Of a stretch of 64,000 nucleotides of DNA, positions 1 through 13,111 are shown one piece after another. How positions within the stretch are numbered: position 1 is the stretch's first letter; each line of letters begins with the position of its first letter. The position numbers and the translations under genes were made by a program. The notes beneath the pieces are model-generated. The model was not told the origin of the DNA, ran no database searches, and saw only the letters and a list, made by a program, of their open reading frames with translations. Origin of the DNA: Octopus vulgaris (Eukaryota); NCBI GenBank assembly GCA_951406725.2, contig OX597817.1, forward strand, positions 170,748,001-170,812,000, in the 5' to 3' direction.

Positions 1-269
1 CGTTATAGGTATAAAGACACCATAAACAAGTATAAAAATAGAGAAAAGATGTTAAAATCAAGATTGGATTTAATACATATGAACGTTTCAAAAGGCAATA
101 CAAATATGTAAGAAAAAAAAAATAATAATAATAATTATAATTAAAGTTATGTATTGTCATTACCATCAGTGTGAAGAATTTCAGGAAGAACATCCAAAAA
201 GTAATTAATAAAAGTCAATAAGGAAAAACAGATAGGGTAATAGGGAAAAGTCAACCGGATATATATATA

Positions 270-438
270 GATTTCGATCTGTTTTGACCAAAGATTGGTC
301 CAGGCCATGTCTAACTTAATAGCACCACCTGATAGGATTACCTAAATCCTTTTTAAGTCAAGTTTTGTGGTATCATGGTCCATTCAAGTAGTGAGTTATT
401 GTTGAGTGAGTTGTATCTAGGTATAGGTGGCTTATCTG
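270..438 (-). mobile_element. 3' end fragment of the CR1-like LINE family seen at 14019-16698
   Basis: Reverse complement matches 16520-16680 (gaccaaagattggtccaggccatgtctaacttaatagcaccacctgatagg; ggtccattcaagtagtgagt). Confidence 0.85.
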
Positions 439-586
439 GCTGTAGAAAAAGTCAGCCTCATCAAAATCCATCTAACCCATGCAAGCATGAAAAAGTGGCT
501 AAGTGATGATGATGACGACAACAACGACGCCGATGACATCGATGAGGAGGATGAGGAACTGTTTAAAATTATTGAAATTTTCTAGC

Positions 587-1003
587 ATAGGCGCAGGAGT
601 TGCTGTGTAGTAAGTAGCTTGCTAACCAACCACATGGTTCCGGGTTCAGTCACACTGCATGGCATCTTGGGCAAGTGTCTTCAGCTATAGCCCCGGGCCA
701 ACCAATGCCTTGTGAGTGGATTTGGTAGACGGGAACTGAAAGAAGCCTGTCGTATATATATGTATATATGTGAGTGTGTATGTGTGTGTATGTTTGTGTG
801 TCTGTGTTTGTCCCCCTAGCATTGCTTGACAACCGATGCTGGTGTGTTTACGTCCCCGTCACTTAGCGGTTCGGCAAAAGAGACCGATAGAATAAGTACT
901 GGGCTTACAAAGAATAAGTCCCGGGGTCGATTTGCTCGACTAAAGGCGGTGCTCCAGCATGGCCGCAGTCAAATGACTGAAACAATAAAAGAGTAAAAGA
1001 GTA
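587..1003 (+). mobile_element. tRNA-derived SINE family A (CORE-like), full length
   Basis: A/B-box-like head (tgctgtgtagt / gggttcagtc), ttgggcaagtgtctt core-like motif, internal TA/TG microsatellite, gtaaaaga-repeat tail; about 18 similar copies in the window. Confidence 0.9.
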
Positions 1004-1424
1004 GTTGGGTAAACAGTCAAGTATACCATGAAATATTTAGGTGTATGGAGAGGGAGATGAAAATCTGAGTATATGGCTGGAAGCCTAACTGGGTGTATAA
1101 TTGAAAGAATGGCTTTGAGATACAAAGTCAAGTGCTTTGGTAATTCTGTGAACTTGCTGCCAACAAAACTAATAAGGCAAAATAAATTCTTTTTAAATTG
1201 GATAACAAATCGAGGTGTTAAAAGTCACCATAGTTGTATCAAAGGCCAGAATTGTAAGAAGGTAGGACAACAAGATTGTAGAACACTTGGGAAAAAGAAT
1301 AGTAAAATACAAAGTGGTATCAAAAAGTTCCAGAACTAGTTACGTTTAATAAAAAATAACTTATCCGAACGTAGGTTGTGACTGGCCCACTTATGAGTAC
1401 CCCTCATTCATTGGACAATGAACT

Positions 1425-1972
1425 TTGCTTGCAAGGACCTACTGAGGCAAATGTAAACAAATCAAAATCGCTGATGTGGCCGATGACAGTACCACCTGAT
1501 TGGCACTCGTGCCAGTGGGACATTAAACGCATATCCGAGCAAGATCGTTGCCAGGGCCACGGATTGGCTCCTGTGCCAGTGACACGTGAAAAGCACCATT
1601 TGAGCATGATGTTTCCAGCGTCACCTTATCAGCACATGTGCCAGTGGCACATGAAAAACAACATTTGAGCATGGAGATTGCCAGTGCCGCCAGACTGGCT
1701 CCCTTGCAGGTAGCATGTAAAAACACCTTTTGAGGTTGGTTGTTGCCAGAACAGCCTGACCGACCATTGTGCCTGTGGCACGTAAAAAGCACCCACTACA
1801 CTCTCAAAGTGGTTGCCGTTAGGAAGGGCATTCAGCTGTAGAAACTTTGCCAGATCAGACTGAGCCTGGTGCAGCCTCTGGCTCACCAGTCCTCAGTCAA
1901 ACCGTCCAACCCATGCCAGCTTGGAAAGCGGATGTTAAACAACGATGATGTTGATGATGATGATGATGATGA
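1425..1972 (+). mobile_element. RTE-LINE 3' UTR copy (family B) with (GAT)n tail
   Basis: About 60-bp internal repeats, then gttaggaagggcattcagctgtagaaact...aacccatgccagc...ttaaac(gat)n. Collinear with the 3' end of the RTE at 54043-55551. Confidence 0.8.
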
Positions 1973-2524
1973 ACTTATTTACTTAACTTTTAATAGCATC
2001 TCTTTTGAAATAGTCACCTTATACAGCACTACACCAGCCTCAGCTTTCCTACCACATTTGAAATCTGACCTGGAAATTGTCATTCATAAGTGAGCCAAGG
2101 ATCTTCTGCGATTTGCTCTGGATCTTGACAACGGTGTTAAAACGATGACCTTTGAGCTGCCTTTTCATCTTGAAGAAGAGATAGGAGTCCACAGGTGGTA
2201 ACTCTGGTGAACATGGCAGGTGCGGAAGCAATGCCATGTTGTTTTTAGTGAGAAAGCTCACAAGTCAAAAAAGCTCTGTGACAGGGTGGGCTGTCATCGT
2301 GAAGAATCCAATTCTTTACGCTCAAGAGACCCAGTCACTTTCACCAAATGTCCTCCCTCAAACACTTCCAAACGTCACAGTAGAATTCTCAATTGATGGC
2401 CTAACCCTAGGGGATGAATTCTCGATGTACAATGCCACATTTTGGGGGTTGAAACTTGTGGCAAGTCTTCCAGGTTGCTCATTATCTTCCAGGTACGTTC
2501 TTCTATTTTTGAAGTGTCTGTGCC

Positions 2525-2921
2525 CAGTAGTGTAACTGGGAGGGGGGAGCACTGATGAAGTGAGGAGGGCACCTCATCAAAAACAATAAAGATGAGACTT
2601 TAAACAATTGGGTTTTTTGTTTTTCATTACATCTCATTTCACACAGGTTTTTTTAAATGTTTCAATCGGGGAAGCTGGTGCATTAAATGGTTAAAATAAA
2701 AAGGTTTCGCAAAAATAATCATTCAGAAAATATATTTTGAATTACAGGCTGTACCGAACCGTCAGGTAAATGAATCCTGGTAAAGTATTTATTCCTAAAA
2801 TATTGTTTTAAAACATTAATTACAAAGAAGTACAATATATTATCTTGGATTTTATAATTGGGCGAGGGGAGTACATTTTTGTGGCTTGCCCCAGGCGTAG
2901 TTTGCCCTAGCTATGCCACTG
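2525..2921. mobile_element. hAT-like MITE
   Basis: Imperfect TIRs cagtagtgtaactggg / cctagctatgccactg; 8-bp TSD tctgtgcc / actgtgcc (7 of 8 match). Confidence 0.65.
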
Positions 2922-3287
2922 ACTGTGCCACTGACTGTGCCACTGACTGTGCCACTCAAAACAGTGCATATGACTCATTGAACATTGCTTTGTCACTGTA
3001 AGTTTGCCAAAGCATATTCGATGTCTATGTAGCAGACTTCCCAAGTTTAATGCAAAATTTTACATTGCCTTTTTGTCTCAATTTCCTGCCCATGACAAAA
3101 ATCACAGACTACAGCATACCTGTAATCACAAAAACACATATTTCCCAACTTGCAAAGTAAACACAGCAATGTTTACTCAGAACACTGCCTCATGAAGCTC
3201 ACTGCTGGCTCTCACTGTGGATGCAACTGTGTGCTGCCATCTGTTGGTGCACTACAGAACTAATCCAGGAACTTTTTGATACCACTT

Positions 3288-3481
3288 TACTCTTTTACTT
3301 GTTTCAGTCATTCGACTGTGGCCATGCTGGAGCACCGCCTTTAGTCGAGCAAATCGACCCCAGGACTTATTCTTTGTAAGACTTATTCTATCGTACTCTT
3401 TTGCCGAACCGCTAAGTTACGGGGACATAAACACACCAGCATCGGTTATCAAGTGATGTTGGGAGGACAGACGTACAAACG

Positions 3482-3521
<40 letters not shown>

Positions 3522-3694
3522 CATATATACGACGAGCTTCTTTCAGTTTCCGTCTACCAAATCCACTCACAAGGCTCTGGTCGGCCTGAGGCTATAGTAG
3601 AAGACACTTGCCCAAGGTGCCATGCAGTGGGACTGAACCCGGAACCATGTGGTTAGTAAGCAAGCTACTTACCACACAACCACTCCTATGCCTA
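3288..3694 (-). mobile_element. SINE family A, inserted in the mariner TIR tip
   Basis: Full reverse-complement match to 587-1003. Confidence 0.9.
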
Positions 3695-3879
3695 CACCTT
3701 GTGAAATAAAATGGTGGAATGTTAACATAGAATATTAGAATTGTAGAATTGTGAGATGGAGGAATAAGTAGGTTGGTAGAAAGGTAAATTGGTAAAATAG
3801 TAAGTTGATAGAATAATAAATTGATAGAATACTAAAATGATTGAATTGTAAGATGGCAAAATGATAGGATGATAAATGC

Positions 3880-4370
3880 TTGGTGATGACCGGTGGCAAC
3901 TATAATGTCGGTGGTGGTGGCAATGGTGGTGGTGGTTGTTGCAAGGGTAACAGTATTGTTGTTGATGATGATGATGACAACAATGATGATGTCTAAATAT
4001 CCTCCTCTTCTCTCCTCCTAGTTATCATTACCATTGATGAGGTAGCTACTGTTGTAGTTGATGATGAGGATGATGATGAGGATGATGATGATGATGATGA
4101 GGAGGAGGACAACGATGATGACAATGATGACACTGACAAAATGATGATGACATTGGTGGCAAGGTTTAGATGATCATGATGTTGCTGATGATGACGAGGA
4201 TTATGATGATGATGTGGTGGTGGTGATGGTGGTGGTGGTGGTAATGATGATGATGATGATGAGGAGGAGGAGGACTACAACGATGACAATGGCAGCAATG
4301 ATGACAATGACAACAGTGATGGAGCCTGATGGCAAGGTTTTGGCAACGAGGATGTTGTTGTTGCTGTTGC

Positions 4371-4414
<44 letters not shown>

Positions 4415-4828
4415 ATGATGATGATGAAGAACTTATACAACATTAACATTAAAAAGTACAAGAATAACAACAACAACAAGAGCTGAAAAGAAAAAAAAAA
4501 CAATGCGAAATGATGTGCCAAGGTGAATTAATAAAATATTTCTATTCTATTAGATTCTCCAATATGACCTCCACATTGAGTTAGGGTCAACAGGAAGTAA
4601 ATAACTAATTCAAGCACACACACGTAAACATAAAGACAATTATTAAGAAAGAAATAGCATTGTTATTTCATGATTGCTTCCATTTTATTAAAACTACCAC
4701 CAACACTATTACCATCACCATAATTTGCCATCATCATCATTGACATAATCATCATCATCATCCTCATCTTCTTCATATCATTCATCCTCCACACCATCAT
4801 CATCCTCATCTTCACTGTTGCAATGTTG

Positions 4829-4883
<55 letters not shown>

Positions 4884-5989
4884 GACTGCTACCACCATCA
4901 CCACTACCATTATTGCCGCCACTTCTGCCGCCACCACCACCACCACAATCATCATCGTCGTCATCATCATCATCGTTATCATTATCATCATTGTCATTGT
5001 TGTCGTCATCACATCACCACCATTATCATCACCATTCTCATCACCATCATTATCATCATCCTCACCATCATTATCATCATTTTCACCATCATCCTCATCA
5101 TTATCATCATCAGCAGCATCATCATGACTGCTGCTACCATTACCACTGTTGTTACTATATTGGTCACCACCACAATCATCATCATCATCATCATCACCAT
5201 CATCATCGCCAACAACAATATTACCAGCACCACCACTGCCATCACTATGCAATAACCCTCTTCCTCATCATCACCATGATCATCAGCACCATCACTGTCA
5301 CCACCACCTTCACCACCACTGCCACCACCACCACCACCACCACCACCACCACCATCACTGCCACCACCACCACCATCACTGCCACCACCACCACCACCAC
5401 TGCCACCACCACCTTCACCACCACTGCCACCACACCACCACACCACCACACCACCACACCACCACACCACCACACCACCACCACCACCACCATCACTGCC
5501 ACCACCACCACCACCACTGCCACCACCACCTTCACCACCACTGCCACCACACCACCACACCACCACACCACCACACCACCACCACCACCACACCACCACC
5601 ACCACCACCATCACTGCCACCACCACCACCACCACTGCCACCACCACCACCACCACTGCCACCACACCACCACCACTGCCACCACACCACCACCACCACC
5701 ACCACCACTGCCACCACCACCACCACCCACACATCCTCCTCCTCTTCATCATCATCATCGTCGTCATCATCATCATCATCATCATCATCATCGTCATCGT
5801 CCTCATCATCATCATCATCAACATTATGAACAAAACCACCATTCTCAGCAGCAGCAGTACCACCACCACCACCGCCAATACAACGATGACGATGACAGCA
5901 CTGACAATGACAACAACAAGATGACAACAACAATGACAGTGATGACAGCAATAGTGACAAGAAGAAGAAGAAGAAGAAGGAAAATAACA

Positions 5990-6022
<33 letters not shown>

Positions 6023-6100
6023 CAGAGAAGGATTACGGCCACGATACAGATGATACTGGAGATGATGCGGATGATGCGGATGATGCGGATGCTGGCTGAT
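3880..6100. repeat. Compound trinucleotide low-complexity region (GAT/CAT/CAC/GTT)
   Basis: Direct reading; it explains the many His/Thr/Val/Met-rich ORFs. Confidence 0.9.
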
Positions 6101-6399
6101 GTTGACAGAAGAAACTTCATCTTAAGTGAAACTACTTTCCAATGAAAGGAAACCAGAGATTATCTCGTTAATCTGGTTCCACGAGATAACGATCCAACAC
6201 TGACATTGTTATAATATCTTCCATCTCACAACTCCGGAATGGATTGGGACCAAATCCTGATATAATCCATCTCTTCCATTAAAACTGACATTCCAGGCCT
6301 TAACACTGTTCTAGAATGTGTCCATCACTTCTCCGCTTCCTCCTCCTCCTCCTCTACTCCTTGCCCCTTTCCTTCCTCATTTTCACTCACACTTTACCT

Positions 6400-6671
6400 C
6401 CTTTTTTCTTTCCACCTCCTTTCTTTCTTTTTTCTATCTATCTTTCTTTCTTTCTTTCTTTCCCACCTCCTTTCTTTGTTTTTTGTTTCTTTCTTTCTTG
6501 TCTTTCTTTCTCTTTCTTTCTTCTTTCTCTTTCTTTCTTTCTTTGTTCTCTTTCTTTTCCCTCTTTCTTTCTTTTCTCTCTTTCTGTCTTTCCTTCTTTC
6601 TTATTTTCTTCTTTCTCTTTCTTTCTTCTTTCTCTTTCGTTATTTTCTTTCTTTTTTTCCATATTTCTTCT

Positions 6672-6703
<32 letters not shown>

Positions 6704-6717
6704 TTTCTTTCCTTCCT

Positions 6718-6753
<36 letters not shown>

Positions 6754-6840
6754 TTCTTTCTTTCTTTCTTTCTTTCCTTCCTTCTTTCTTTCTTTCTTTC
6801 TCTCTTTCCCCCTCTCCCCCTCTCTCTCCTTCTCTCTATC
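6400..6840. repeat. (TTTC)n degenerate microsatellite
   Basis: Direct reading. Confidence 0.95.
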
Positions 6841-7063
6841 TCATCACCACCACTACCATCACCACCATCCCCATCATTATCATTATCATCTCTATCAATC
6901 CATCTATACATTTATACCAACATCACCAATATATACATATCTTTATCATTATCATCACCATCACCATCATCGACATTGTCATCGTAATCATTGCCATCAT
7001 CCTCATCATTGTTGTCATCACCATTGTTGTTGCCGTTGTCATCATAATCATCATCATCATCAT

Positions 7064-7109
<46 letters not shown>

Positions 7110-7113
<4 letters not shown>

Positions 7114-7344
7114 TTTTAATGTCGTCTCCTCCTTGCGTGGATGGGTCAGATGGAATTCAGATTTTTTTTTACAAGACCTTTGTCATTCCTCTCACGCCCT
7201 CCCCCACCCCCACCACCTATTTCCAAGCAAGACAATGTGTCTCTATGGCTTGACATGCCCACCACACAAGATTGGAAATGAAGGATGCTCCTTCTGTAAC
7301 AGTGATGCTTATTTACAACTATTATGTAATGTCAGGACAAGGAG

Positions 7345-7350
<6 letters not shown>
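7110..7350 (-). mobile_element. Old SINE body with RTE-type 3' tail
   Basis: Similar to 19685-19815 (-) and 38828-38995 (+); ends in a gacccatccacgcaag...cattaaaa tail. Confidence 0.55.
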
Positions 7351-7721
<371 letters not shown>

Positions 7722-7749
7722 TATATGCATTTAGATAGATAGGTAGAAA

Positions 7750-8030
7750 GGCGGAGAGCTGGTAGAAACCTTAGTGCGCCAGACGAAGTACTCAGCGGTA
7801 TTTCGTCTGCCGCTATGTTCTGAGTTCAAATTCCGCCGAGGTCGACTTTGCCTCTCATTCTTTCTGGGTCGATAAATTAAGTACCAATTACGCACTGGGA
7901 TCGATATAATCGTCTTAATCCCTTTGTCTGTCCTTGTTTGTCCTTTCTGTGTTTAGCCCCTTGTGGGTAGTAAAGAAATAGGTATTTCAACTGCCGTTAC
8001 GTTCTGAGTTCAAATTCCGTCGTAGGGTTA
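7750..8030 (+). mobile_element. tRNA-derived SINE family C
   Basis: B box gagttcaaattcc, central gtcgactttgcctctcattc...gtcgataaattaagtacc domain, partial duplication of the head at the 3' end; second copy at 51753-51980. Confidence 0.8.
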
Positions 8031-8057
8031 ACTGAATTTCAGTATGGCTTAACAGTT

Positions 8058-8590
<533 letters not shown>

Positions 8591-9490
8591 ATCTCATCAT
8601 CACCACTACCATAGAACAAAATAGATTACTAGTAACAAGAAGCGAAGCAATATAAGCTGTTCCAAAAATTTTCAAGAAAATCGTTGCAATGTAAAATGTT
8701 ATTGGTTTCATTGTAGATGAAGAAAACAGAGTTTCTAACAACAGTAACAGATAAAGCAACAAGAGAAATATTTATTTAAACAGAGATAACAGATATAGAG
8801 TGAAAAAGAGATAGAGAGAGAGAGAAGAAGAGCAGATGAGAATTTGTAATTAAAGACTATGTTTATGAAAATCTTGTCAAAATATATAGAGTTTGCATCT
8901 GTTCGCAGTCAATAACAGAATCCTACCATCTAAACATGAAGTATAAACCATATAACGCGTAGAACAATCAATTAATAATCTGAATGGCTTATTTCAAACA
9001 AGGTTATTTAAATAAAGCACTGTTCTTAATGGAGAAAATTGGAAACATTTATGAAGGCGTCGGCTAAGAAGGAGAACTTAAATGTTTTTACTGCTAAAAT
9101 TTAAAACAATAGCCGAAAGAATGATTAATTTCGAGGAGAAAAACAATACAAAAATATACATTAAAAAAAAGAAAAAAATTGAAACTTTAATCAGAAAATC
9201 ACTTTTTGTATTTATTTTTTAAATTTTTAATTGATTTTGTCAACGAGAGCTGGTGGAAGAGAACAATAGAATTGTACAGAATGGTCTGGACATTGCCTAT
9301 AGGAATATGTAATGATAGTATAGACACATGTTTGCAATCTTGTTTGCCATACAGACTTACGCACACACATAAGAGTGAGTGTCTGCGTGTGTGTGAGGGT
9401 CTATGTATGCAAACACATATAAAAGCGTGTATGAAAGTACATACATACATATATGTATGTATGTATATATGTATATATATATATATATAT

Positions 9491-9780
9491 CACTTTGATC
9501 ACCTTGACCAACCAATCCGTCAGGTGTCCATTTGATACCGCTGGTCACAGCACGCTGTCCACTCCTCTCTGGATCACGCCTTTCTCATCCACGTGATCCC
9601 AATCGTCCTCCTGAAATCTTAACTCCACTGTCATGGAGGCCTTCCGGATGGTTGTTTCCACTCGTGCGGGTACCACTCGACAACTGCACAGGTCCACCGA
9701 TTATCGGTGAGCCGGGCAACGTGTCCAGCCCATCTAAACTTGCTGTGTGTATACTCTGCTATGACATCCCTCACACCGGA
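9491..9780 (-). mobile_element. RTE-clade LINE C-terminal fragment
   Basis: Minus strand translates as KFRWAGHVARLTDNRWTCAVVEWYP...GRPP with stops, a typical RTE ORF C-terminus; flanked by TA repeats. Confidence 0.8.
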
Positions 9781-10049
9781 GAAAAAAAAGATATATATGT
9801 ATATATAATATATATATTCATATATATATATACATAAGATATATAATATGCATATATATATATATATAATATATATTCATATATATATATGTATATATAT
9901 ATATTCTTTCATTCATTCATTCATCTAGCAGATAAGTTGAATGCTTATTTATTTTCACTTCTCCATCAATCATACATGCTTTCTTATCTATCTAACTATT
10001 TTTATCTAATTTCTATATCTATCTAATTATTTTAACTAATTTATCCATT

Positions 10050-10578
10050 CTCTCCTCTCGTGTATTCATCAACCATTGTGTATTCGCGGTGCACCCGCCC
10101 TGCCCACCCCCACCACCAATACCGGATATCTCTATATTTTTGCTCCATCCATACCGGATGTCGCTTCTCCCACCACCATAATAGGTGTCTACTCTTCGAA
10201 CCCCCCTCTTCAATACGCTATTTCACCATGCATTACCCCTCTCTTGATATCCTATGTTCTACTTGCCTAGAACCTGTCATCATTTCTCTGAACCACCACC
10301 CCCCACTGGTGCTCCCCTATATTTCTGCACCCCCCCACATAAAAAGCACCATCCGAACGTGGCCGATGCCAGACCCCTCTGGCACCTGTGCAGGTGGCAC
10401 GTAAAAAACACCCACTACACTCGCGGAGTGGTTGGCGTTAGGAAGGGCATCCAGCTGTAGAAACTCTGCCAGACTAGACTGGAGCCTGGGGCAGTCCCTA
10501 GCTCCCCAGACCCCGGTCGAAACCGTCCAACCCGTGCTAGCGCGGAAAACGGACGTTAAACGATGATGAGGATGATGA

Positions 10579-10580
<2 letters not shown>
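10050..10580 (+). mobile_element. RTE 3' UTR copy (family B)
   Basis: aaaaagcaccatccgaacg...ggttggcgttaggaagggcatccagc...ggacgttaaac(gat)n. The 5' boundary is uncertain. Confidence 0.75.
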
Positions 10581-10649
<69 letters not shown>

Positions 10650-10664
10650 AGATATATAATATGC

Positions 10665-10703
<39 letters not shown>

Positions 10704-10715
10704 TATATATATACA

Positions 10716-11025
10716 TGCTGAGACCCCCTTCGGTCATGAATGACCATGGAAAAGTTACCCTCCCAGGCACAAGTACAGGTAAGTTTGTTTATAGAAGGCC
10801 AGCAGCCGCCCATGCATACCAGTCTCCCCTCTCCACACCACCAGTGTTATCCAAGGGAAAAGCAAAGGCCGATACAGCTTGTCATCTGTGACATTGCAAC
10901 TCAATTCTACAGCTGAGTGAACTGGAGCAATATCAAATAAAGTGTCTTGCTCAAGAACACAACATGCAGCTTGGTCCGGGATTCAAACTCACAACCTCAC
11001 GATCGAAAGCTTGACGTTCTAACCA
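10716..11025 (-). mobile_element. tRNA-derived CORE-like SINE family E
   Basis: B box gagtttgaatcc and gtgttcttgagcaagacact on the minus strand; homologous copy at 52556-52885. Confidence 0.8.
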
Positions 11026-11041
11026 CATATATACAAATATG

Positions 11042-11075
<34 letters not shown>

Positions 11076-11076
11076 A

Positions 11077-11380
11077 CTAGCAGTATCGCCGGCGTTGCTC
11101 GGGTTTGTAAGGGAAATAACTATATAAGCATTTTTAGAGAGTTACTTCCCTTATATAAAACTGAGCGAAAAATGGATTAAAAATGCGGAAAAATGATGGT
11201 AAATTTTTTTAAATCGTAGACTCATCGTAGATGCGCGCTAATACCCAGAAGGGCTCGATATGAATCACGACTATAAGATACCCAGTTTTGGTTACACTGC
11301 ACCGCAAAATGTGGGAGTAGTTAGGAATCTAAATCGAAGGGGACAGACACTCCACACAACTACAGTTTTATATATAAAGA
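11077..11380 (-). mobile_element. Non-autonomous Helitron
   Basis: On the minus strand: A|TCTTTATATATAAAA ... acccgagcaacgccggcgatactgCTAG|T; subterminal hairpin, no TSD. Confidence 0.85.
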
Positions 11381-11754
11381 TATATTTCTATGGAGTTAAG
11401 CATATGTCCGGTCATAGAGTGACCAATGGTTTTGAATCCATAGAAGGCTTAGCCCCATGGACAACATGGTTCAGCCCATTATGGATGCAAAACCATTGGT
11501 CACTCTATGATCAGACCCATACCTAACTGCATATAAATACATTACTGCTCTATGCTTTAGAGTGAGCATCTTTTTCAGATACATGATATTACTAATGATA
11601 TATATATGTATATATAGTGTATGAGAGGTATTGGTGTCAAGAAGACCCAATAGTGTCAGGTAATATTGAGTAAATGCTATGGACAGACTAGTTAAGCTCC
11701 AGGTTTGATGATGATACGAATGAGGAGTCCAACACAGGTCGTATATTAGCAGGC

Positions 11755-12072
11755 ATATATATATAAATTAACAGAATGAGATAAAATATTCAAGGCGGTG
11801 AATAGTTTTCAGAACATTTATAAAGAGAAGGTCTTACAGCTGTTTCTGGGATATTTTATAAATCCCTTCATCAGACACTGTGCGAGAAAATGTTTAAGTA
11901 ATAGTTATTATAGAGAAGATAATAACTATTACTTAAACATTTTCTTGCACTGTCTCTGATGAAGGGATATATAAAATATCTCAGAAACAACTATAAGACC
12001 TTCTCTTTATAAATGTTCTGAAAACTTTCACAGACTTGGACTTTTTATCTCATTCTGTTAATATATATATAT
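11755..12072. mobile_element. Palindromic Penelope-pLTR-like element with a hammerhead motif in each arm
   Basis: About 155-bp inverted arms centred near 11915. Each arm reads CTGATGA-a-gggat..at(c/t)c-a-GAAAC-a(g/a)ct-(G/A)TA-agac. Confidence 0.7.
11831..11878 (-). ncRNA. Type I minimal hammerhead ribozyme motif
   Basis: gtgt-CTGATGA-a-gggat ttataaaat atccc-a-GAAAC-agct-GTA-agac. Core intact; one mismatch in stem I. Confidence 0.65.
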
Positions 12073-12445
12073 GTGTGTTGTAATAATGATACAAAACCAA
12101 ATAATCATATTTTTGAAAGCATTTAATACACGTGTCAGATCTAGATGATATATATTAAGAAATGCATTCTGTTACATAAGACCTTCTTCAGTTAATACAT
12201 TTCAAAGCAAAACATGAAATATGGAAATGAACAACATTCCCCCAAAGTCATCAGCTTAAAAATTGTTAAGAGATTTTTCGTAACATGAAACTAATGGTAT
12301 CCTTAATACACAAATAAAGAAATTTTATCCACCAATGTGGTGTTGAGCACTCATTCTCATTGTTCGAAATTTACATATACATACATACATACATACATAC
12401 ATACATACATACATACATACATACATACATGCATACATACATACA

Positions 12446-12481
<36 letters not shown>

Positions 12482-12705
12482 TACATATATGTATATATAT
12501 TAATATGAAAATGGACGGATCAATAGATGGTTCATCAACTTTTAGACATATTATGTTAACTTATTTATTTATTCACTAAACTGATAATTACAATAATATA
12601 CATACATATAACATATTATTCTTTACATATAAGATATAAAATATAGTATTATATAAGGATACCAGTAATTATTATAAAATACCAATCATGAATATAAATT
12701 GGGAT

Positions 12706-12836
12706 AATAACTTACAGCTGTTTCAGCCAATAGATAAAAATACCTCATTCTACCTTTATTACTCAAGTGGATTGAGGTAATAGGTCGATGAAAATGAGGT
12801 ACTTGTGTATATCTCTAGGTTTCGTCAGAGATTATA
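12706..12836 (-). ncRNA. Type I hammerhead motif with about 100-nt stem II
   Basis: ataatct-CTGACGA-[long imperfect hairpin]-GAAAC-agct-GTA-agttat. Confidence 0.65.
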
Positions 12837-12863
12837 AAGTACATAATGTTAAGTTATAAATAA

Positions 12864-12911
<48 letters not shown>

Positions 12912-12914
<3 letters not shown>

Positions 12915-13111
12915 AACAAGGGAGTCAGAGAAAGGCAGAATGCCACTTATATCTGAACACTATACAAATATTCCTTTAAAAAAACTTTTCTTCTAATTTT
13001 TCTAAATTTAATTATTTAATCGTTACAGTTGAAAAGGTCTCAAAATGACCGAAACCGGTACTGAAATGTTCTTTATAAAATTATTTTAGCATTTTCTATT
13101 TTGACTTGTTT

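Larger units (their letters stand above)
1310..3702 (-). mobile_element. Decayed mariner transposon with nested insertions
   Basis: TIRs aaagtggtatcaaaaagttcc (1311-1331) and ggaactttttgataccacttt (3268-3288). The minus-strand remnant LLPHLPCSPELPPVDSYLF resembles the mariner YSPDLAP motif. Interrupted by an RTE tail, a hAT MITE and a SINE. Confidence 0.8.

Noticed and set aside
650-832. Recurrent small ORFs ending YQIHSQG...[18 protein letters not shown]
   Set aside because: Antisense translation of SINE family A, not a gene family.
960-990. Stem-loop + GAAAC in SINE/LINE tails as a hammerhead half
   Set aside because: No upstream CUGANGA; better explained as a LINE 3' recognition stem-loop.
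2552-2590. CTGATGA-ag-tgagg..cctca as a hammerhead
   Set aside because: No GAAA, no NUH triplet and no stem I; it lies inside a hAT MITE.
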